From Verrucomicrobiales bacterium (lineage in GTDB: Bacteria; Verrucomicrobiota; Verrucomicrobiia; Limisphaerales; UBA9464): a stretch of DNA of 64,000 bases. The stretch spans positions 90 through 64,089 of the forward strand of contig SXSK01000351.1 of assembly GCA_005793375.1 (NCBI GenBank), in the 5' to 3' direction. The translations under genes and the position numbers were made by a program. Under the pieces are notes generated by a model. It was given only the letters and a program-made list of their open reading frames with translations. It searched no databases and was not told the DNA's origin. Of the stretch, positions 57,401-64,000 are shown one piece after another (positions within the stretch are counted from its first letter, which is position 1; each line of letters starts with the position of its first letter).

Positions 57401-57970
57401 TGTCAGTCCTTCCGGAATTTCCAAATCCTCCCAATCGCCGAGGTGGAGGTAAAGGAAGCCGCGTTTGGGAGCATTCGGTAAATAGCCAACTCGGTTTACA
57501 AGGAACACCGGGGATTCCATATCTTCGGTCAGCCGTGCGCTGACCGAACCGACCTCTGGATGCGAAAGTTCTGCTGAAGCAACCTCGGGAATTGGGGACG
57601 TGAGCTCAATCAGAATTCGGGTCAGCACTTCGATCCGATATTTCTGGGAATCAGCATGAGTCGCCTGCCGGATCAGTGTGACATTGGAGACGGTGATGGA
57701 TTGTCCGTCGACTCGGAAGCTGAAGGAGGTGGGCGGTGGGATTTTCAGGGCGGGTTTGCCGAGGGAGACCCATTGAGGGAATGGGTTGGTATGAGAGCCG
57801 GACAGCGTGTCGGGGATATCCCACGCCAACAGAGTGCTAGTGATCCGATGGAGTGTTTGGCTGGCGGAAGCCTGAACTGTGAACTGCGACACCGCGGCGA
57901 GCCAGCAGAAACTCAAGAGCCAAGCGCTACAGCGGACGACTAAAACAAGGTAGGCTCTTGGCGGTTTCAT
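54500..57970 (-). CDS. Glycoside hydrolase family 9-like protein with an N-terminal Ig-like region and a C-terminal LamG-like domain, secreted
   Basis: 1156 aa with the signal MKPPRAYLVLVVRCSAWLLSFCWLAAVS. VSGGHHDAGDYSKYTINSA matches the GH9 G-G-W-Y-DAGD-x-x-K block, and GVTFVTGLGPHFPREP matches the later GH9 block. The C-terminal roughly 200 aa are LamG-like (WHQLELKL, TVTIDGG). Confidence 0.75.
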   Translation of the reverse strand: MKPPRAYLVLVVRCSAWLLSFCWLAAVSQFTVQASASQTLHRITSTLLAWDIPDTLSGSHTNPFPQWVSLGKPALKIPPPTSFSFRVDGQSITVSNVTLIRQATHADSQKYRIEVLTRILIELTSPIPEVASAELSHPEVGSVSARLTEDMESPVFLVNRVGYLPNAPKRGFLYLHLGDWEDLEIPEGLTFDVIDSNSGVSQLKGVLHRRSDIGFNDSPAPYQRVWEADFSGLTTPGSYRLKVSELGTSPAFVINDGVAGQAVRSAALGLYHQRSGVALTLPYTRFTRAAGHLSVAEVPDSTHPTNPLLAASTANFHKNPRHIAPQLSNVTASLYPILRQGPVDVSGGHHDAGDYSKYTINSAQLIHELAFAAEHFPGVGGLDSLGLPESHDDIGDLWQIAKREADFLTKLQDLDGGFYFLVYPRARRYENNVLPSQGDPQVVWPKNTAATAAACAALAQLAAAPEFQRHFPLEAARYRIAATNAWGFLQKAMLRYGRDGAYQKLTHYGDEFLHDDEMAWAAASLFMATGAPQYQSAVQSWMPNPSARENRRWTWWRLPGAWGNAIRTYAFGGTRSAAQHRDTRYLDACRRELLAAGVDQAVRSEQCALGLSFPVESKRIHSAGWIFPQAVAFDLLVADLQSTDPNQKARFESALWSNLGYAWGANPAGVTFVTGLGPHFPREPVSQIARNDPQKLPPSGLVVGACASGFSWLDHYKRTLPGLMYPSPNRDSGRFPLFDRYTDVFNTTTEATVIELGQSLAVGAALFAKSSGAIELPAELPALTIAGIPDPLPLGSTANVCLSTTGLFLDKARILWETPEGWSEGGLTRTITRSNTEPSWIEVEIVLPDGRRLFGTREIERLETPQKIHSRISGILPQAVVRAEDPNPINHSPPSQRLRNIREQTSTNHAPATTANSVSTASIRTPPQACWAPPIGNPLCWLPLDGSLADIGSPGSRLNLKGHCAFRPVEGIDRSVLHFGGLGSQAWLDLPTTIPISSPIRISAWILPESWTAAGDESVPLLSLAKAWDARLELTQEKGANSPDVLVGSTPVANRALVAMALTVELWHQLELKLTPQDDDAAAFATVTIDGGRIAEGIVPFNHRRTGPWRLNLGNFRGCIAGIEIHAITPDSLFSNAIAQQSTTRSRSTTKPSQSF

Positions 57971-58232
57971 TGGGGCAGACTAGTTAATTGATTGGACTCA
58001 TCTGAGACTGTTGAGGCGGTGTATTTCCACCACTCAGGTCAGTTTGTGAGGAATTTCGATGGTTTCAACGACAAGTTGCCGTTTTTGTCACCAATTATTG
58101 GTATGTTTGCGACGGAGGTGGATGGCCTAAAACTGTGAGCGTAAGATGGGTTGCGGCTACTTAAAAGTGTGGTTAGCCCGTTTTCGAGTGAACGGCATCT
58201 GATGCAACCCAAACGGCCGCAGTTTGTTTTGA

Positions 58233-58856
<624 letters not shown>

Positions 58857-58907
58857 AGTGCGCGAGCGCAGAAATCGGAAGATTGAAACACCTTCGAATG
58901 CATTTCG

Positions 58908-60302
58908 ATGAAACTCCTACTTTGCCTGATGCTGCTCCTGTTTGGGATGAGCAATTGGATGACAGCGGCAGAGCCGACTGTGGAACAACGGTTGGCGGAT
59001 CTTGAGGCCTACATCAAGAATACGGCACCTGGGACATCTCTGAAAGGGTATCCGGGTCCAGGGCACAATGGATGGTTGATGGTGAGCACCGGCTTGGTCT
59101 TGTTCATGACTTTGCCAGGCTTGGCCCTGTTTTATGGGGGGTTGGTCCGCCGCAAAAACATTTTGTCGGTCCTGGCACAATGCCTGGGGCTGATGGGAAT
59201 CGTGACCGTCCTCTGGTGGTTGGTTGGTTATTCCCTGTGTTTTTCCAAAGGGAATCCTTTCTTTGGTAACCTGGATTACGCGCTGCTCAAAGGAGTTGGT
59301 CCCGAGCCCAATGCAGCCTATGGCGCCTGGGTGTCGCACAATATCTATGCGATGTACCAATTGATGTTCGCCATCATTACGCCGGGTCTGATTGTCGGAG
59401 CGATAGCCGAGCGGATGAAGTTCCGGGCGATCATGTTGTTCTGCACGCTTTGGATGCCGGTCGTCTACTTTCCATCAGCCCATATGATTTGGGGTGATGG
59501 GGGTTGGATGAATGGGCTGTGGAATCCAAACGCGGCCATCAAATCGATTGATTTTGCTGGTGGCATGGTGGTGCACATGACTTCGGGATGGAGTGCCTTG
59601 GTGCTCTGCATTCTGTTGGGTAAGCGCCGGGGATATGGACGCGAGATCATGCCACCCCACAGCATGGTATTATGTGCGACTGGCACCGGCATGTTGTGGT
59701 TTGGCTGGTATGGATTCAACGCTGGCAGTGCGGTCGCAGCCGACATGGTTTCCTCGAATGCCTTCGTGGCCACAACCCTGAGTGCTGCGGTGGGATTGGC
59801 TGTTTGGGCATTGATGGAACAAATCATTCGCGGCAAGCCCAGCGTGCTTGGGATGTGCTCGGGCGCGGTTGCCGGGTTGGCGACGATCACGCCCGCCAGC
59901 GGGTTTGTATCACCAACGGGTGCCATCCTGATCGGTATGAGCGCTGGACTCACCACGTATCTGGCGTGTGCGAAGCTCAAGGCGAAGTTTGGTTATGACG
60001 ATTCACTGGATACCTTTGGCGTGCATGCGGTGGGTGGCACGGTGGGGACATTGCTGGCAGGGTTCCTGGCAACACCGACTGCCAACCCCAATCTGGCACA
60101 GGACCACCTCAAAGATATCGTTGGGAAGACCCTCTGGCTGGAACAGGCCAAAGCCGCCGGCATCATCTTCCTTCTATCCGTAGTGGCGACTGTCATTCTG
60201 TATCATGTTGTTAATGCGTTGGTCGGTTGCCGAGTGTCGGAGGACATTGAACATCAGGGATTGGACCTCGCGGAACACGGCGAGGAAGGCTACACTAGCT
60301 GA
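58908..60302 (+). CDS. amt: Ammonium transporter (Amt family)
   Basis: 464 aa. Amt blocks are present: SIDFAGGMVVHMTSGWSALV, GWYGFNAGS and DDSLDTFGVHAVGGTVGTLL. Confidence 0.93.
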   Translation: MKLLLCLMLLLFGMSNWMTAAEPTVEQRLADLEAYIKNTAPGTSLKGYPGPGHNGWLMVSTGLVLFMTLPGLALFYGGLVRRKNILSVLAQCLGLMGIVTVLWWLVGYSLCFSKGNPFFGNLDYALLKGVGPEPNAAYGAWVSHNIYAMYQLMFAIITPGLIVGAIAERMKFRAIMLFCTLWMPVVYFPSAHMIWGDGGWMNGLWNPNAAIKSIDFAGGMVVHMTSGWSALVLCILLGKRRGYGREIMPPHSMVLCATGTGMLWFGWYGFNAGSAVAADMVSSNAFVATTLSAAVGLAVWALMEQIIRGKPSVLGMCSGAVAGLATITPASGFVSPTGAILIGMSAGLTTYLACAKLKAKFGYDDSLDTFGVHAVGGTVGTLLAGFLATPTANPNLAQDHLKDIVGKTLWLEQAKAAGIIFLLSVVATVILYHVVNALVGCRVSEDIEHQGLDLAEHGEEGYTS

Positions 60303-60336
60303 AAACACGGTTCCTTGACGAAGCGTTCTCTGGCAG

Positions 60337-60374
60337 AACACCGGGCATTACGCGATGCTCGGTGTTTTTGTTTT
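60337..60374 (+). terminator. Rho-independent terminator downstream of amt
   Basis: The stem aacaccgggc / gctcggtgtt is 10 bp including one G-U pair, with a 10-nt loop, followed by tttgtttt. Confidence 0.7.
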
Positions 60375-60424
60375 CCAATCCTCTGCGTTGACTCCTTCGT
60401 GACTCTTCATAAGTTGCGCGCCCG

Positions 60425-63400
60425 ATGTCGGCCCGGATCCGTAAACCTTCTTCTGGCGCTGGTGCTGCTCATGCGCCACGCGCGAAATCTGTCGGTGCGT
60501 TCGTGGATCAAGCGCCCCAGTTCATAAGGCTGCGGGGGGTGCGTCAGAATAATCTCAAGGGTTTCGATCTCGACCTCCCGTTGGGCAAGCTGATTGTCAT
60601 CACGGGATTGAGCGGGTCCGGCAAAAGTTCGCTGGGATTTGAGACCCTGTATGCGGAGGGACAACGCCGTTACATCGAGACCTTTTCGCCCTACGCCAGG
60701 CAGTTCTTTGATCGGATGGACAAACCAGCGGTGGATCGGATTGAGAATATCCCGCCGGCGATTGCGTTGGAACAGCGAAATGCGGTCCGCACGACGCGTT
60801 CGACGGTGGGGACCATGACGGAGCTCTGTGATCACATGAAGGTGTTGTGGGCGAACTTGGCGCAGTTGCACTGCCGACAGTGTGGCCGTCCAGTTCGCAA
60901 GGACACCCCGCAATCCATTTGGACCGAACTCCTCACCGAATCCGACCTGCGTGGCCAGGATATTCTGGTGACGTTTGATTTGCCATTGTCCCAGAAAATG
61001 CCATTGGCGGAACAGTTGAGCTTGATCTCGCGGCAGGGATTTCATCGTTTATGGTTTGAAGGGAAAGTTCTGCGCGTTGACGATGCGGTTTCAAGCCTTC
61101 GTTCCGGGCAGGAATTCTTAACAGTGATCCAGGATCGTCTGCGGGTTGGAGATGCGCAGCGTTCGCGGTTTGTGGAAGCCTGTGAGCAGGCGTTTCATTT
61201 TGGGAAGGGACGACTGAGGTTGGTCCGTTTAGCTGATAACTATGAAGCGATCGATGGACCGATCGGTGGGCTCCAGTGGGTCACACGGCCTTATTCCTCT
61301 GCCCGACACTGTGCGGCGTGTGATCTGACCTATCGAGAACCCAGCCCGGCGTTGTTCAGCTATAACCACCCCCTGGGGGCGTGTCCCAAATGTCGGGGCT
61401 TTGGACGAGTGATCGACATCGATTATCAGCGGGTCTTGCCCGATCCTACCCGGACGCTGTCTGAGGTCGTGGTAAAACCATGGCAGAGCGGTGTGAGTGC
61501 GGAATGTCAGGCGGATCTGATGAAAATGGCCCGCAAACGTGGGGTGCCGACGGGAGTCCCGTTCCAACAACTTTCTTTGGATTGGCAGCGATGGGTAATC
61601 GAAGGCGATGAAGGTTACGTGGTGGACGACCCAGTCAAGTCATGGCCCAAACTTTGGTATGGAGTGAAGGGTTATTTTCGCTGGCTGGAGAGCAAGTCCT
61701 ACAAGATGCACGTGCGCGTCCTGTTGTCGCGCTATCGGAGTTACACGACCTGCCCGGAGTGTCACGGTCAGCGATTCAATCCAGAGAGCTTGCTTTACTG
61801 CCTGCACGTGCCGCCTGAATTGGAGAATGATTTCGGTGAAAACAGCCTTAAGGACGCATTTCCCAAGCCGACACCTGCGTCCTGGGTGACCTCTTCCGTT
61901 GCGTTGATGGGCGGGAGGGATGAGCCACCCGATGCGGCTTCCCGCGGCATTCGAACGTTAGGGGAGCATGCGGTTACGTCGGATGTTGCGGTTGGGAGCA
62001 TTACTTTGGCTGAGTTCTATGCCGTGCCCGTGAGTACGGCGTACACCTGGATTGATCGAATAACGAAGCGCCTGGCTCCGAAACAGAAGGATCCCTTGGC
62101 TCCCGTACTCTCAGAAATCCGGACTCGGCTGGGCTTCTTATTGGAGGTCGGATTGGGCTATTTGACCTTGGATCGGCCGACCCGGACTTTGAGCGGCGGG
62201 GAAACGGAGCGTGTCAATCTCACGACCTGCCTGGGTACACGGTTAGTGAACACCTTGTTTGTTCTGGATGAACCGAGTGTCGGGTTGCATCCCAGGGATA
62301 CGGAACGATTGGTCAGTGTCTTAGAACGACTGCGTGACACGGGAAATACGGTGGTGGTGATTGAGCATGAAATCAGTGTGATGCGTGCGGCGGATTATCT
62401 GGTCGATATTGGGCCTGGCCACGGAGAATCCGGCGGGCGAATCGTGTTTGAGGGGGCGCCCGACCTTTTGCGGACGGCAACGGGTTCATTGACGGCGGAC
62501 TATTTGACGGAACGTCGTTCGATCGTGGTTTCGAAACGGCGAAGCGTGTCGGTGACGAACGCGGGAGAACTCTCCGGCGACAGACTGCGGTTGGCCAATG
62601 CCACGGCGAACAATCTGCGAGGCATCACGGTGGACATTCCACTGGGCCGTTTCGTGTGCGTGACTGGGGTCAGTGGTTCGGGTAAGAGCACGCTGGTTCG
62701 GGATGTCCTCTTGCCTGGGTTGAAACGGCAGCTGAGGTTCAAGGCAGCAGCGACGGATGGTTCCCGTGAAGAGATGGCTGACGACCTCGAGGAATCGGTC
62801 CCGGGATCTGAATCCAGTGGCGTGATCTCCGGCCATGAGTTCTTGGGAGGCGTGGTGTTGGTGGATCAATCGCCGTTGGGTAAAACACCCCGGTCCAATC
62901 CGGCAGTCTATTTGGGAGCGTTTGAGGATATTCGAACATTTTTCTCCGCCAGTGAAGAAGCGCAACGGCGTGGCCTCAATGCGAGTGCCTTCAGTTTTAA
63001 CAGTGCTGTCGGTCAATGCGGCCGATGTCGCGGAGCGGGGTTTGAAAAAATCGAGATGCAATTTCTCAGCGACATTTTTGTTCGCTGTCCCGAATGCCAG
63101 GGGCGTCGGTACCGCCCCCACATTTTGGAAGTGACCGTCAGGGATCCACGGGCAGCAGGCCAAGTGGAAGTGCGAACCAACTGGTCGATTGCTAATTTTT
63201 TGGAAGCCTCCATTGAAGAAGGTATTGGCCTATTGAAGGCGTTTCCAAACTCCAAACCCGCACGGCGAGCGGCGGCCGCGCTGCAACTCTTGTGTGACGT
63301 TGGGTTGGGTTATCTGCGCTCGGGCCAACCGATCAACACGTTGAGCGGGGGCGAATCGCAACGGCTCAAGCTCGCGAGTCACCTTGCCAACTCAGGGGCG

Positions 63401-63721
63401 CTACCAGGGCTTGAAACCGGAACACCGTATCTGGCTGCGAGACCGACCTTATTTGTCTTCGACGAACCGACAACGGGTTTGCACGTGGAAGACATTCGAG
63501 TGTTACTGGTAGTTTTCCAACGGTTGGTGGATGCAGGCCACACAGTGTTGGTGATCGAACACAATCTGGACGTGATTCAAAGCGCCGACTGGGTGGTGGA
63601 TCTGGGACCGGAAGCGGGCGAGGGTGGGGGACGCATCGTCGCGGTGGGGACGCCTGAGATGCTGGCAACATGTGCGGAGAGCCACACCGGACGGTTTCTG
63701 AAGCAGAAAGGGATCGGTTGA
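60425..63721 (+). CDS. uvrA: Excinuclease ABC subunit A family protein (UvrA-like double ABC ATPase)
   Basis: 1098 aa with two Walker A motifs (ITGLSGSGKSSLGF, VTGVSGSGKSTLV), zinc-finger-like CxxC pairs (CRQCG, CPKCRG, CPECHG, CGRCRG...CPECQG) and ABC signatures (LSGGETERV, LSGGESQRL). Whether it is the canonical UvrA or a paralogue cannot be decided here. Confidence 0.85.
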   Translation: MSARIRKPSSGAGAAHAPRAKSVGAFVDQAPQFIRLRGVRQNNLKGFDLDLPLGKLIVITGLSGSGKSSLGFETLYAEGQRRYIETFSPYARQFFDRMDKPAVDRIENIPPAIALEQRNAVRTTRSTVGTMTELCDHMKVLWANLAQLHCRQCGRPVRKDTPQSIWTELLTESDLRGQDILVTFDLPLSQKMPLAEQLSLISRQGFHRLWFEGKVLRVDDAVSSLRSGQEFLTVIQDRLRVGDAQRSRFVEACEQAFHFGKGRLRLVRLADNYEAIDGPIGGLQWVTRPYSSARHCAACDLTYREPSPALFSYNHPLGACPKCRGFGRVIDIDYQRVLPDPTRTLSEVVVKPWQSGVSAECQADLMKMARKRGVPTGVPFQQLSLDWQRWVIEGDEGYVVDDPVKSWPKLWYGVKGYFRWLESKSYKMHVRVLLSRYRSYTTCPECHGQRFNPESLLYCLHVPPELENDFGENSLKDAFPKPTPASWVTSSVALMGGRDEPPDAASRGIRTLGEHAVTSDVAVGSITLAEFYAVPVSTAYTWIDRITKRLAPKQKDPLAPVLSEIRTRLGFLLEVGLGYLTLDRPTRTLSGGETERVNLTTCLGTRLVNTLFVLDEPSVGLHPRDTERLVSVLERLRDTGNTVVVIEHEISVMRAADYLVDIGPGHGESGGRIVFEGAPDLLRTATGSLTADYLTERRSIVVSKRRSVSVTNAGELSGDRLRLANATANNLRGITVDIPLGRFVCVTGVSGSGKSTLVRDVLLPGLKRQLRFKAAATDGSREEMADDLEESVPGSESSGVISGHEFLGGVVLVDQSPLGKTPRSNPAVYLGAFEDIRTFFSASEEAQRRGLNASAFSFNSAVGQCGRCRGAGFEKIEMQFLSDIFVRCPECQGRRYRPHILEVTVRDPRAAGQVEVRTNWSIANFLEASIEEGIGLLKAFPNSKPARRAAAALQLLCDVGLGYLRSGQPINTLSGGESQRLKLASHLANSGALPGLETGTPYLAARPTLFVFDEPTTGLHVEDIRVLLVVFQRLVDAGHTVLVIEHNLDVIQSADWVVDLGPEAGEGGGRIVAVGTPEMLATCAESHTGRFLKQKGIG

Positions 63722-63812
63722 GGGTCGCGATCCTACCAAATAGCTGGGGAGTCCTGCAGAATCCGTGGGGTTTGACTTGCGACTGGGAACCTGACTTTCG
63801 TTAGGCTTGTTT

Positions 63813-64000
63813 ATGCAATCTGAGACACGGCGGTTTGACTTTTTAGTGCTGGGCAGCGGTATCGCTGGGCTAAGCTTCGCGCTGAAAGTCGCGCGCCGGG
63901 GTCGTGTGGCGATCCTGACCAAAAAAAACCGCGCGGATTCGAACACCAACTGGGCACAGGGCGGGATTGCCTCGGTCATGGGGTCTGATGACACCACGGA
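63813..64000 (+). CDS. nadB: L-aspartate oxidase, 5' part only (runs off the window)
   Basis: It is not in the ORF track because no stop codon falls inside the window. ATG 63813 gives [60 protein letters not shown], i.e. an FAD Rossmann motif plus the NTxxAQGGI block typical of NadB and succinate-dehydrogenase flavoproteins. Confidence 0.75.
   Translation, partial: MQSETRRFDFLVLGSGIAGLSFALKVARRGRVAILTKKNRADSNTNWAQGGIASVMGSDDTT

Noticed and set aside
58955-58975. gcggcagagccgac inside the amt coding region as another copy of the hairpin repeat
   Set aside because: Only about 11 nt match, the site lies within a conserved coding frame (signal-peptide region), and it lacks the flanking AAAG and ACTCCAAAGG parts.
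63503-63997. 164-aa minus-strand ORF at the right edge
   Set aside because: It overlaps the uvrA 3' end and lies opposite an N-terminal NadB-like reading frame (FAD Rossmann motif) that explains the region better.

Overview
This 64-kb chromosomal segment looks like a PVC-superphylum genome, most likely Verrucomicrobiota. That is an inference from gene content: three PSCyt/DUF1549/DUF1553 + DUF1501 gene pairs, one DUF1592-family + DUF1552 pair, two PVC-type membrane-bound-dehydrogenase/HEAT/cytochrome c genes, and a prepilin-like protein beginning [33 protein letters not shown] can support about 37 protein-coding genes and one tmRNA (ssrA, 2305..2659, minus strand). I also see several short intergenic hairpin repeats and a few terminator-like hairpins. 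I saw no rRNA, tRNA or CRISPR array. The left edge (1..2304) is the integrase-proximal end of a genomic island inserted at the 3' end of ssrA. The rest is core-like. It covers nitrogen metabolism (a glutamine synthetase family gene, glnK-amt), housekeeping (a uvrA-like gene, the start of nadB, bcp, peptidases) and many exported proteins for polysaccharide or sugar-acid use (GH9, sulfatase, L-fuconate dehydratase, DUF1080, TIM-barrel isomerase, esterase, LamG, MFS and AbgT transporters). Items worth a second look: (1) an in-frame TAG that splits an otherwise intact 879-codon dehydrogenase/cytochrome c gene; (2) a RAYT-type (IS200-like Y1) transposase bracketed by an imperfect inverted repeat; (3) a separate family of GC-rich hairpin repeats at three or more intergenic sites; (4) the density of uncharacterised, apparently translationally coupled CxxCH-protein/DUF1501 pairs interleaved with carbohydrate-active genes; (5) the ssrA island. 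I did not find a clear-cut new defence-type or other discrete novel system. All family names come from my own motif recognition on the translated ORFs, not from database searches.
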